NCBI GenBank assembly: GCA_964558395.1
Contig: CAZLDS010000003.1
Coordinates: 13,830 to 77,829, forward strand
DNA: 64,000 nucleotides
Source of the DNA: an uncultured bacterium
GTDB lineage: Bacteria > Methylomirabilota > Methylomirabilia > Methylomirabilales > CSP1-5
Reading direction: 5' to 3'
Program-made: the position numbers and the translations under genes
Shown here: positions 1-8,082 of the stretch, piece by piece
How the letters are laid out: every line of letters starts with the position of its first letter
Position numbering within the stretch: the stretch's first letter is position 1
The notes under the pieces: model-generated
What the model was told of the DNA's origin: nothing
The model's input: the letters and a program-made list of their open reading frames with translations, nothing else
Database searches by the model: none

Positions 1-92
1 GCGGCTTCACCGATGTCACGGTCGGACGTGATTTGAGGAGTCGGCCGCGGGTGGTGAGCGCTCGCTATATGCATCAGATGGACGGTGCCTAA
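1..92 (+). CDS. 3' end of a PrmC/HemK-like methyltransferase gene (5' part lies outside the window)
   Basis: The frame is open from the window edge to TAA 90-92. The 29 visible codons ([29 protein letters not shown]) resemble the C-terminus of HemK-family enzymes. This is too short to be sure. Confidence 0.3.
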   Translation, partial: GFTDVTVGRDLRSRPRVVSARYMHQMDGA

Positions 93-93
93 G

Positions 94-1350
94 ATGGACC
101 GATTAGTGATTCGCGGTGGGAAGCATTTGCGAGGCCGCGTCACGGTCAGTGGAGCGAAGAATGCTGCCCTGCCGGCCATGGCAGCCGTGCTCCTGACATC
201 TGAAGGACTCGTGTTGGAAAATGTCCCTTCGCTCCAAGATGTGGCGACGATCCAACGACTGTTGGGATTTATGGGGGTGGAGTTGCACTCGACAGCTCCC
301 GGAGAGATCAGCCTCACCTCACGCGAGGTCCGGCGGTTTGAAGCGCCATACGATCTCGTGCGGACCATGCGGGCCTCAGTCTTGGTCCTGGGTCCCCTCC
401 TCGCCAGGTTCGGAAAGGCTCGGGTCTCGCTGCCGGGTGGGTGTGCCATCGGCCCACGCCCCATCAACCTGCACCTGGCCGGCCTGCGTGCGATGGGGGC
501 GGAGATCGACCTGGTCGAGGGATATGTGGTGGCGAAGGCACCGCGTCTCAATGGGGTCCGTTTCGCTTTTGATGTGATCACGGTCACGGGCACCGAAAAT
601 CTCATGATGGCGGCAACCTTAGCAAGGGGGACCATGGTCCTCGAAAATGCCGCCTGCGAGCCGGAGGTTGAAGACTTGGCGCGTCTTCTCCAGAAGATGG
701 GTGCGCGCATTGAGGGGGCGGGGACATCCACGATCACGATCCAGGGGGTAGAGGATCTGAGGGGTACGCCACACCGGATTATCCCGGATCGGATCGAAGC
801 GGGGACCTTTGCCGTGGCGGCGGCTATCACCCAGGGTGATATCTTGATCCAGGGGTGCGTGCCTCAGCACTTCGACGCGGTGAGGACGAAGCTAGAGGCA
901 GCAGGGGCAACCGTGGCGAATGAGGACGAGGGGGTCCGAGTGAGGATGGCGAGCCGGCCCCGGCCGGTGGATATCACAACGGAGCCTTTTCCTGGTTTCG
1001 CCACTGATATGCAGGCCCAGATTATGGCCTTGTTGGCGATTGCCGATGGGAAGTCCGTGATCACCGAGACGGTCTTTGAGAGTCGCTTTACGCACATCCC
1101 TGAGCTCTTGCGCATGGGAGCGGATGTGACGGTCTTAGGTCAGTCGGCCCTCGTCCGAGGGGTCCCCATCCTTCGCGGGGCCCCCGTGATGGCAACGGAT
1201 CTCCGCGCCAGCGCCTCCCTCGTCTTGGCAGGACTCCAGGCTCAGGGGGAGACGGTTGTCCATCGCATCTATCACCTGGATCGAGGCTACGAGAGATTAG
1301 AGGCGAAGCTTCACTCCCTGGGCGGGGAGATTCGGCGGGCGGAGGGCTGA
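94..1350 (+). CDS. murA: UDP-N-acetylglucosamine 1-carboxyvinyltransferase
   Basis: Full-length ORF with the [23 protein letters not shown]-terminus and MurA-type colinearity throughout. ATG 94 is preferred over the GTG 85 of the ORF track. Confidence 0.95.
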   Translation: MDRLVIRGGKHLRGRVTVSGAKNAALPAMAAVLLTSEGLVLENVPSLQDVATIQRLLGFMGVELHSTAPGEISLTSREVRRFEAPYDLVRTMRASVLVLGPLLARFGKARVSLPGGCAIGPRPINLHLAGLRAMGAEIDLVEGYVVAKAPRLNGVRFAFDVITVTGTENLMMAATLARGTMVLENAACEPEVEDLARLLQKMGARIEGAGTSTITIQGVEDLRGTPHRIIPDRIEAGTFAVAAAITQGDILIQGCVPQHFDAVRTKLEAAGATVANEDEGVRVRMASRPRPVDITTEPFPGFATDMQAQIMALLAIADGKSVITETVFESRFTHIPELLRMGADVTVLGQSALVRGVPILRGAPVMATDLRASASLVLAGLQAQGETVVHRIYHLDRGYERLEAKLHSLGGEIRRAEG

Positions 1351-2007
1351 ATGCGACGGGGACAGATCGCCATTGCTCTCCCGAAGGGGCGGCTTCTCCA
1401 AGAGTCCATCAGGCTCTTCCGGGCGACCGGGATTCATGGGCTCGAAGGGCTCACCGAGTCTCGGCGTCTCATGTGCGAGGATGCGACTGAGGCGTACCGT
1501 TTCCTGGTCCTACGCCCCGCCGATATCCCCACCTACGTGGAGTACGGGGCGACGGATATGGGGGTGGTGGGAAAGGATATTCTGCTCGAGCAGGAGCGGG
1601 ATGTGTACGAACCGCTGGACCTTAGATTTGGGGCGTGCCGCTTGGTGGTGGCTCGACCGACGAACAGGCAAGAGCAAGAGAGACCGGTTGGTTTCTCTGC
1701 CTTGCGCGTGGCCACCAAATACCCCGCGCTCGCCGAACGGCACTTCACCGGGCAAGGGGTGCAGGTGGAGATCATTCGCCTCTCAGGTTCCATCGAGCTG
1801 GCACCATTAGCTGGGCTCTGCGAGCGGATTGTGGATCTGGTTGACACGGGAAAGACCTTGGAGGAAAACGGGTTGGAAGAGGTGGAAGAAATCGCCCCCG
1901 CGACGGCTCGCCTCATCGTCAACCGGGCGGCCTTGAAGACCAAGTACCGGCAGGTCCGTGGCATGATTGACCAACTCACGGTCGTCATTCAAGGAAGAGG
2001 AGCATGA
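1351..2007 (+). CDS. hisG: ATP phosphoribosyltransferase, short form
   Basis: 218 aa with HisG-like sequence (IALPKGRL...TGKTL) and no C-terminal regulatory domain. The ATG directly abuts the murA TGA. Confidence 0.9.
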   Translation: MRRGQIAIALPKGRLLQESIRLFRATGIHGLEGLTESRRLMCEDATEAYRFLVLRPADIPTYVEYGATDMGVVGKDILLEQERDVYEPLDLRFGACRLVVARPTNRQEQERPVGFSALRVATKYPALAERHFTGQGVQVEIIRLSGSIELAPLAGLCERIVDLVDTGKTLEENGLEEVEEIAPATARLIVNRAALKTKYRQVRGMIDQLTVVIQGRGA

Positions 2008-3296
2008 TTCGACGCCTCCATGCCTCTGGGGATGAAGGGATCGCCTTTCTGAAGGACCTCGTGGCGCGACGGGCGACGGTGTCCGCCGAGGCAGAAACGG
2101 CCGTGCGTCCCGTCCTCGCCGAGGTGCGCGAGAAAGGCGATACCGCGCTTATGAAATACGCGCAGCGCTACGACGGGGCCTCCCTGACTCCTGCGACGAT
2201 CGGGGTCACAGCAGAAGAAGTCGCGCGGGCTTTTGATGAGCTTCCCCCCGAGGCGATCGCGGCCTTACAGTTGGCCGCAGCACGGATCGAAGCCTTCCAC
2301 CGACGGCAGCTCCCCCGCTCCTGGTTCTCCAGCGAGGAGGGTGCGGTCCTCGGCCAACTCTGCCGGCCACTGGAGACTGTTGGGATCTACATCCCCGGGG
2401 GGAAAGCCGTGTATCCGTCGACGGTTCTGATGAACGGGGTTCCTGCTGCGGTCGCAGGCGTCAAGCGCCGCGTGATGTGCACCCCCGTCACGTCCGACCT
2501 CACGGTGCATCCGGCGGTCCTCGTCACCGCTTCGCTTGCGGGAATCTCGGAAATCTACAAGGTGGGTGGGGCGCACGCGATTGCGGCGTTAGCGTACGGG
2601 ACTGCTTCTATCCCGCGGGTGGACAAGATCGTCGGTCCAGGCAACGTTTACGTCGCGACCGCCAAGCGCTTGGTGGCGGGGGTGGTGGGGATCGACGCGA
2701 TTGCCGGACCGACCGAGGTGGTTGTGGTAGCGGACGAAGCCGCCGATCCCGCGTACGTCGCTGCCGATCTTCTCGCCCAGGCCGAGCATGATGAAATGGC
2801 TATGAGCCTCTGCATTACAGTCAGCGGACCACTCGCTGACAAGGTGGCGGCCGAGCTTCGACGGCAGCTTAATGACCTTCCGCGGCGCATGATCGCCGAG
2901 GCGAGCCTGGCGAAGAACGGGGCCATCCTCTTGGTCCCAACCCTTGACGCCGCGTTCGGGCTGGTCAACGGTATTGCGCCCGAGCATGTGGAACTCCACT
3001 GCCAGGACCCGTGGTCCCATCTGGATCGCGTCCAGCATGCAGGTGCCGTCTTCCTGGGAGCCTTCTCGCCGGAAGCCTTGGGGGACTATCTGGCTGGCCC
3101 GAACCACGTCCTCCCCACAGGGGGGACGGCGCGATTTGCCTCTCCGCTCTCGGTAGAGGACTTTGTCCGCCGCACGAGCCTACTTCAATTTACCGAGGAT
3201 GGGCTGAAGCGGTTGGGCGATCCGGCCATGACGTTAGCGGTTCTCGAAGGGCTGGATGGCCATGCCCGGGCCGTCCGAATACGGCAACGCTCGTGA
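2004..3296 (+). CDS. hisD: histidinol dehydrogenase
   Basis: 430 aa with HisD hallmarks (IDAIAGPTEVVVVAD, AQAEHD, APEHVEL). There is a 4-nt overlap with hisG. Confidence 0.95.
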   Translation: MIRRLHASGDEGIAFLKDLVARRATVSAEAETAVRPVLAEVREKGDTALMKYAQRYDGASLTPATIGVTAEEVARAFDELPPEAIAALQLAAARIEAFHRRQLPRSWFSSEEGAVLGQLCRPLETVGIYIPGGKAVYPSTVLMNGVPAAVAGVKRRVMCTPVTSDLTVHPAVLVTASLAGISEIYKVGGAHAIAALAYGTASIPRVDKIVGPGNVYVATAKRLVAGVVGIDAIAGPTEVVVVADEAADPAYVAADLLAQAEHDEMAMSLCITVSGPLADKVAAELRRQLNDLPRRMIAEASLAKNGAILLVPTLDAAFGLVNGIAPEHVELHCQDPWSHLDRVQHAGAVFLGAFSPEALGDYLAGPNHVLPTGGTARFASPLSVEDFVRRTSLLQFTEDGLKRLGDPAMTLAVLEGLDGHARAVRIRQRS

Positions 3297-3312
3297 AGGA
3301 GACGCATTGGCG

Positions 3313-3915
3313 GTGAAGACGAAATCGACGCATCGGGAGGCGAAGATCCGTCGCCGGACCACTGAAACCGATGTGACGGTCGAGCTGAAGCTCGACGGGC
3401 AGGGGAGCTATCGCATCACGACGGGTCTGCCCTTCTTTGATCATATGCTGGCCCAACTTGCGAAACACGGGCTCTTCGATCTCACGCTTCGTGCTCAGGG
3501 AGATTTGGAGGTGGATCCCCACCACACCATGGAGGATGTGGGGCTGGCCCTCGGCGAGACCTTTGCCCAGGCATTGGGAAACCGCGCTGGAATTCGGCGC
3601 TACGGTCAGGCCACGGTGCCGATGGACGACGCGTTGGGCTGGGTCGCCGTGGACTTGAGTGGTCGACCCTACCTGGCGTATCGGGCTGACGGGCTGGAAG
3701 GGAAGGTCGGGGAGTTTGACGCCGCCCTTCTGAAAGAGTTTTTCCGGGCCTTCGCCATGGCTCTCAGGGCGAATCTGCACATTGGGATTCCGTACGGTGA
3801 GAACACTCACCATATGGCCGAGGCGGTCTTCAAAGCCGCGGGCCGGGCTCTGGACACGGCGGTCGCCCTCGATCCCCGCGTGAAGGGGATTCCGTCGACC
3901 AAAGGCAAACTCTAA
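3313..3915 (+). CDS. hisB: imidazoleglycerol-phosphate dehydratase
   Basis: IGPD sequence (RRTTETDVTVEL...FFDHML...DPHHTMEDVGLALG...GENTHHMAEAVFKA). The start is moved to GTG 3313, which has AAGGAG at 3296-3301, because the track ORF from 3256 overlaps hisD. Confidence 0.9.
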   Translation: MKTKSTHREAKIRRRTTETDVTVELKLDGQGSYRITTGLPFFDHMLAQLAKHGLFDLTLRAQGDLEVDPHHTMEDVGLALGETFAQALGNRAGIRRYGQATVPMDDALGWVAVDLSGRPYLAYRADGLEGKVGEFDAALLKEFFRAFAMALRANLHIGIPYGENTHHMAEAVFKAAGRALDTAVALDPRVKGIPSTKGKL

Positions 3916-3933
3916 GACCGCCTCGCGGCCCTC

Positions 3934-4068
3934 GTTCAGAGTTCATGGTTCATGGAAGTCAGTCATGCCAAAAAGATCCGTTTTTGTTTTTCTCCCTGAG
4001 CGCTGAACTCCGAACCATGAACGGCTTACGTTTGAGCCCTCAACTCCAGACCCTCAACCCTGAGCCAC
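3934..4068. repeat. composite heptamer-repeat hairpin element (GTTCA/TGAAC family) plus a second CCCT-type heptamer run
   Basis: Left arm is GTTCAGA GTTCATG GTTCATG (3934-3954). The core is T-rich with a CAAAAA/TTTTTG mini-hairpin. Right arm is CTGAACT CCGAACC ATGAAC (4003-4022). A further run GAGCCCT CAACTCC AGACCCT CAACCCT GAGCCAC follows at 4034-4068. Confidence 0.85.
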
Positions 4069-4070
4069 GT

Positions 4071-4715
4071 ATGATTGCCATTATCGACAGTGGGATCGCC
4101 AACCTCCGGAGCGTCGAGAAGGGATTCGAGAGGGTCGGGGTTCCGGCGCGCGTGATCCGGGAGCCTGCCGCGCTGCGCGACGCAGCCGGGATTGTCCTCC
4201 CGGGAGTAGGGGCGTTCTCCGATGGGATCGCCACGCTGGAAGCGGCGGGGTTTATTGATCCTCTGTTCCGGGAAATCGAATCTGGGAAAGCCATCCTGGG
4301 GATTTGTCTGGGCCTGCACTTTCTCTTTTCGGAGAGCGAGGAATTCGGCCTACATAAGGGCCTCGATCTGATCCGCGGCCGGGTCCGTCGCTTCCCCGGA
4401 ACCGCCCCGTCCTCAGTCCTCAGTCCTGAGTCCTCTCTCCTGAAGGTTCCCCACATGGGGTGGAATCAGGTGGTCCTCAAAAGAGAGGCCCCAATCATGA
4501 AAGGGATCCTGGACAACTCGTATTTTTACTTCGTGCACTCCTACTACGTAGAGCCAGAGGAAGAGGGCACCGTTGCCGGTATCACAGAATACGGCATCCC
4601 TTTTACCTCCATGATCTGGAAGGACAACCTCTTCGCGACCCAGTTTCATCCGGAAAAGAGCCAAACCCTGGGCCTCCAGATTCTCGCCAATTTTGGTGCG
4701 CTGGCGCAGAAGTAG
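4071..4715 (+). CDS. hisH: imidazole glycerol phosphate synthase, glutamine amidotransferase subunit
   Basis: MIAIIDSG..., GICLGLHFLF (Cys nucleophile), VPHMGWN and FHPEKS motifs. Start is set at ATG 4071, because the track ORF start at 3945 reads through the repeat element. Confidence 0.9.
   Translation: MIAIIDSGIANLRSVEKGFERVGVPARVIREPAALRDAAGIVLPGVGAFSDGIATLEAAGFIDPLFREIESGKAILGICLGLHFLFSESEEFGLHKGLDLIRGRVRRFPGTAPSSVLSPESSLLKVPHMGWNQVVLKREAPIMKGILDNSYFYFVHSYYVEPEEEGTVAGITEYGIPFTSMIWKDNLFATQFHPEKSQTLGLQILANFGALAQK
4409..4443. repeat. intragenic tandem heptamers GTCCTCA GTCCTCA GTCCTGA GTCCTCT CTCCTGA within hisH
   Basis: Period-7 repeat read directly from the sequence. In the hisH frame it is translated as SSVLSPESSLL. 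Confidence 0.8.
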
Positions 4716-4717
4716 AG

Positions 4718-4818
4718 CTGTCACCAGCCCCCTGTCAGCCGTCAGCATCTATATAATAGTAGTCGACTGTCCGCATGGATAAAGATTCTTAGCTGACTCC
4801 TAATAGCTGATCGCTCAA
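4718..4818. repeat. heptamer-repeat hairpin element, GTCAG(C)/(A)GCTGA family
   Basis: Left arm is CTGTCAC CAGCCCC CTGTCAG CCGTCAG (4718-4745). The core is AT-rich and contains TATAAT (4752-4757). Right arm is AGCTGAC TCCTAAT AGCTGAT CGCTCAA (4791-4818). Confidence 0.8.
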
Positions 4819-4829
4819 GAGATGACGTT

Positions 4830-5567
4830 ATGTTGATTATTCCAGCCGTCGACATAAAAAATGGGAAAGCGGTTCGCCTGACCCAAGGGGATCCGAACCG
4901 AGAAATGGTGTACGGAGATGATCCTGTTGGGGTTGCAGAAGCGTGGGAGGCGAGAGGCGCGCCGCGTCTGCATATCGTCGACCTGGATGGAGCATTCGCA
5001 GGGAGTCCGAAGCAGCTAGGACTGATCAGCGCGGCTGCGCGGGCGGTCAAGATTCCGATTCAGGCGGGGGGTGGGCTCCGAACGCTGGAGTCGGTCACTG
5101 CACTCTTCGATGCCGGCATCGCCACGGCGGCCCTCGGGACCTCTGCTATTATGAACCCGCGTTTTCTGGAAGAGGTGTGCACGGCCTATCCGCGCCGGAT
5201 CATCCTCGCGATTGATGCGAAAGAGGGACGGGTGGCAGTCAAAGGGTGGCGCGAGCTTTTGGATCATTCGGTCGGGGCCGTGGTCGAGCGGGTGGCATCA
5301 CTCGAGCTCGGTGCCATTCTCTACACCGATATCCTGAAGGACGGAACAATGGAAGGACCCGATTTTGAGGGATTGCAAGCCGTAGTCACACAGAGCCGTC
5401 ACCCGGTCCTCGCCTCGGGCGGCATCGCGTCCCTGGAAGATATTCGGCGGCTGTGTGCCATGAAAGGTGTGGCGGGCGCCATCGTCGGCAAGGCCCTGTA
5501 CAGCGGCGCGATCGAGCTCGAGGCGGCGCTCCGCGTCGTGGCCGCGGAAACGGTTCGCCGATGCTAG
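4830..5567 (+). CDS. hisA: ProFAR isomerase (1-(5-phosphoribosyl)-5-[(5-phosphoribosylamino)methylideneamino]imidazole-4-carboxamide isomerase)
   Basis: 245 aa with [25 protein letters not shown] and [11 protein letters not shown] motifs. Confidence 0.92.
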   Translation: MLIIPAVDIKNGKAVRLTQGDPNREMVYGDDPVGVAEAWEARGAPRLHIVDLDGAFAGSPKQLGLISAAARAVKIPIQAGGGLRTLESVTALFDAGIATAALGTSAIMNPRFLEEVCTAYPRRIILAIDAKEGRVAVKGWRELLDHSVGAVVERVASLELGAILYTDILKDGTMEGPDFEGLQAVVTQSRHPVLASGGIASLEDIRRLCAMKGVAGAIVGKALYSGAIELEAALRVVAAETVRRC

Positions 5568-6382
5568 CAAAACGGATCATCCCCTGCCTTGATGTGAAAG
5601 ATGGGCGTGTGGTCAAGGGGACTCGGTTCGTAGACCTTCGAGACGCGGGGGATCCAGCGGAGGTTGCGGAGCGGTACGATCGGGAGGGGGCTGATGAGCT
5701 CGTCTTCCTCGACATCACCGCCTCGGCCGAACGGCGAAAGATCATAATCGGGGTCGTGGAGCGGACGGCAGAGCGGGCGTTCACCCCGCTGACCGTGGGC
5801 GGGGGGATCCGGGATTTGGAAGACATCCGGGCCATCCTTCTGGCTGGGGCGGATAAGGTCTCTCTCAACACCGCAGCCGTTCAGAATCCGAAGCTGATAC
5901 GCCAGGCGGCTGAACGGTTCGGCAGCCAATGCATCGTTCTCGCCATCGACGCCAAGCGGAGGGAGTTCAGGGTTCAGAGTTCAGGGTTCAGAGAAATACC
6001 AGACACTGATCCATTAACCATGAACCCTGAACTGTCGTGGGAGGTGTATATTCACGGTGGTCGCACACCGACCGGACTCGAAGCGGTACAGTGGGCTGAG
6101 GCGGGAGTGGCGTCTGGGGCGGGGGAGATCCTCCTGACCAGCATGGATCGTGACGGGACGCGGGACGGGTACGATTTGGAGCTTACTGCAGCGGTTGCCG
6201 AGCGTGTGGGCGTCCCAGTGATCGCCTCGGGGGGTGCCGGGACGATGGCGCATCTCTATGAGGCCTTTGCCTTCGGAAAAGCCGATGCGGCCCTTGCCGC
6301 GTCCATCTTTCACTTCCAGGAAATCTCGGTCCCCGAGGCGAAAGCATATCTCAGTGGGCGGGGCATCGTCGTGCGCCCCTAG
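5561..6382 (+). CDS. hisF: imidazole glycerol phosphate synthase, cyclase subunit (carries a 23-aa repeat-encoded insertion)
   Basis: [37 protein letters not shown] and ASGGAG motifs. ATG 5561 overlaps the hisA stop (ATGCTAG). At 273 aa it exceeds the roughly 250 aa that is typical. Confidence 0.92.
   Translation: MLAKRIIPCLDVKDGRVVKGTRFVDLRDAGDPAEVAERYDREGADELVFLDITASAERRKIIIGVVERTAERAFTPLTVGGGIRDLEDIRAILLAGADKVSLNTAAVQNPKLIRQAAERFGSQCIVLAIDAKRREFRVQSSGFREIPDTDPLTMNPELSWEVYIHGGRTPTGLEAVQWAEAGVASGAGEILLTSMDRDGTRDGYDLELTAAVAERVGVPVIASGGAGTMAHLYEAFAFGKADAALAASIFHFQEISVPEAKAYLSGRGIVVRP
5965..6034. repeat. GTTCA/TGAAC heptamer hairpin element inserted in frame in hisF
   Basis: GTTCAGG GTTCAGA GTTCAGG GTTCAGA lies at 5965-5992, followed by a 28-nt spacer. 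TGAACCCTGAAC at 6021-6032 is the exact reverse complement of 5965-5976. Confidence 0.9.
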
Positions 6383-6399
6383 GGCCGCAGAGCGGCCCT

Positions 6400-6516
6400 G
6401 GTTCATAGTTCATAGTCCACGGTTGAGAGTGAACGGCTCATGGATCAGGGTTCACGGTGGCGAGTAGGGCCTGGGAGATCCGTTCCTGTTCTTGCTCTGA
6501 ACCCTGAACCCTGAAC
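6400..6516. repeat. GTTCA/TGAAC heptamer hairpin element
   Basis: Eight phased heptamers lie at 6400-6455: GGTTCAT AGTTCAT AGTCCAC GGTTGAG AGTGAAC GGCTCAT GGATCAG GGTTCAC. After a spacer comes CTGAACC CTGAACC CTGAAC at 6497-6516. Confidence 0.9.
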
Positions 6517-6537
6517 GATGACGAAGGGAGGAGGATT

Positions 6538-7251
6538 GTGGCCAAACGCCCAGGTGGCTTGAAGTTTGACAAGAAGGGTCTCATTCTGGCCATCGCCCAA
6601 GATGCCAAGACGGGCCAGGTCTTGATGACGGCCTGTATGACCCGGGAGACCCTTCGGAGGACCGTGGAAACCGGCTTTGTGCACTACTACAGCCGGTCTC
6701 GGCGTCGCATCTGGAGGAAGGGGGAAGAGTCCGGGCACGTGCAGCGGGTCCGAGAGATCCGCCTCGACTGCGACGGCGATGCCCTACTCCTTCAGGTAGA
6801 GCAGGACAAGGCCGCCTGCCATTTGGGCTATCGCACATGCTTCTTCCGGCGCGTCAAGGGGGATCTCAAGGCGTCCGCCCCGGTGTTGCACCAGGTCTTT
6901 CGGCCGGAGGCAGTCTACGGCCCCTCTTCGCAAGTCCTCGATGCCGTGTACCAGACCATTCTAATGCGCAAGAAAAAGCCCCCCGCGGGTTCGTACGTGG
7001 CCTCTCTCCTTCAGGAGGGGAAGGCGAGGATCCTCCGGAAGATCGCTGAGGAGGCCTCTGAAGTCATCCTGAGTGCCGAGAAAGGTCGCCGGCAGGAGAT
7101 CGTTTATGAGGTGGCGGACCTCTGGTTTCACACCTTGGTCCTCCTCGGGGCATCAGGGATACCCTTGGATAGGCTCTGGAGGGAGTTCCAGGGGCGGGTA
7201 GGCAAGAGGAAGGAGGAGTACGGCAAAACGAGGCGGAAGAAAAGGGATTGA
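6538..7251 (+). CDS. hisIE: bifunctional phosphoribosyl-AMP cyclohydrolase / phosphoribosyl-ATP pyrophosphatase
   Basis: The N-terminal half is HisI-like ([18 protein letters not shown]...LDCDGDALL...ACH.GYRTCF). The C-terminal half is HisE-like (GSYVASLL..G...[12 protein letters not shown]...EVADLWFH). GTG 6538 follows GGGAGGAGG. Confidence 0.9.
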   Translation: MAKRPGGLKFDKKGLILAIAQDAKTGQVLMTACMTRETLRRTVETGFVHYYSRSRRRIWRKGEESGHVQRVREIRLDCDGDALLLQVEQDKAACHLGYRTCFFRRVKGDLKASAPVLHQVFRPEAVYGPSSQVLDAVYQTILMRKKKPPAGSYVASLLQEGKARILRKIAEEASEVILSAEKGRRQEIVYEVADLWFHTLVLLGASGIPLDRLWREFQGRVGKRKEEYGKTRRKKRD

Positions 7252-7276
7252 CATAAGGACAAGAATGAGGTAACAT
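7248..7276 (+). promoter_or_regulatory. sigma70-type promoter candidate for rpsU operon
   Basis: TTGACA (7248-7253), a 17-nt spacer, then TAACAT (7271-7276). The -35 box overlaps the hisIE stop codon. Confidence 0.5.
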
Positions 7277-7349
7277 ACAACGGTACTTTTCTGGAAAGTT
7301 CTGGCATTCCGATAGCTAAAATAGAGACATACGTGGGGGGGTGTCCGCG

Positions 7350-7544
7350 GTGACGACCGTGCTCGTCCGAGAGGATGAGAGCTTCGAGAATGCTCTGAGG
7401 CGCTTCAAGAAGCAGGTAGAGAAGGCTGGCGTGCTTTCAGAGATGCGGAAGCGACAACACTACGAAAAGCCAAGTGTTCGCCGCAAGAAGAAGGCTCTCG
7501 CCGCCCGCAAAAAGATGCTGAAGAAAATGCGTATGTTTGAGTAG
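7350..7544 (+). CDS. rpsU: 30S ribosomal protein S21
   Basis: From GTG 7350, (M)[20 protein letters not shown]... aligns residue for residue with the MPxVxVRExES.D.ALRRFKR pattern of S21. The track start at 7341 leaves no room for an RBS. Confidence 0.9.
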   Translation: MTTVLVREDESFENALRRFKKQVEKAGVLSEMRKRQHYEKPSVRRKKKALAARKKMLKKMRMFE

Positions 7545-7545
7545 G

Positions 7546-7998
7546 ATGGATTGGAAGGCCCGCCTTCATCAGGACCTTCGGGCGGCCGTGAAGGCCGGCG
7601 GGAAAGCAGAGACGTGGACCCTTCGTCTGCTGCTCAACGCTATCAAAACCCGCGAGGTGGAAAAGCGGGGAGAGCTGACCGAGCCCGAGATCCTGCAACT
7701 CATCGTTAAGGAAGGTAACCAGCGGAGAGAAGCCATCCAGCAATTCCGTCACGCCGGGCGAGAGGACCTCGCCCTGAAGGAAGAGACGGAACTCCAGGTC
7801 CTCGAGAAATTCCTGCCCAAGCCGATGACCCCCGAGGAACTTTTGGCCAAGGTAAGGGAGGCGATCGCTGCCACAGGAGCCGCATCAGTGAAGGACGTGG
7901 GAAAGGTGATGGCCTACCTGATGCCTCACGTCTCTGGGCGTGCTGACGGAAAAGAGGTCAGTCAGTTGGTGCGACACGAGCTTTCGGGGAGTGCATGA
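7546..7998 (+). CDS. yqeY: GatB/YqeY domain protein
   Basis: About 150 aa with an A.K....R...LR.L..A.K..E.......L.D.E...V......KQR..S...Y..AGR.DLA..E..E...L..FLP pattern typical of YqeY. Confidence 0.8.
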   Translation: MDWKARLHQDLRAAVKAGGKAETWTLRLLLNAIKTREVEKRGELTEPEILQLIVKEGNQRREAIQQFRHAGREDLALKEETELQVLEKFLPKPMTPEELLAKVREAIAATGAASVKDVGKVMAYLMPHVSGRADGKEVSQLVRHELSGSA

Positions 7999-8082
7999 CG
8001 CGTCCAGGGCCGGGTGTGAGAGTATGGATGACCGAGGGACTCCACAAGGAGTCCCTTGGTTTTCCCCGGAGCACACTGCCGG

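Noticed and set aside
3945-4070. N-terminal extensions suggested by longest-ORF calls: hisH from 3945, hisB from 3256, hisF from 5453, rpoD from 12210, RNase H from 15056, rnhB from 43696, glycerate kinase from 38586, P450 from 59804, SBP from 50788, pgpA from 36320.
   Set aside because: The extensions overlap the upstream gene or run through repeat elements. They lack RBSs and add non-homologous residues ahead of well-conserved N-termini. Internal starts with Shine-Dalgarno motifs fit better.
5965-6034. Intein, group I/II intron or IS fragment as the explanation for the hisF insertion.
   Set aside because: The insertion is only 69 nt and in frame. It has no splicing or homing-endonuclease motifs and no terminal repeats typical of IS elements. 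Its sequence is simply the local heptamer hairpin repeat.
6400-6516. Possibility that the repeat arrays are CRISPR arrays.
   Set aside because: The units are 7 nt, contiguous and degenerate, with no spacers of 25-40 nt. No cas genes are present. The only longer direct repeat (20 bp at 36294) has just two abutting copies.
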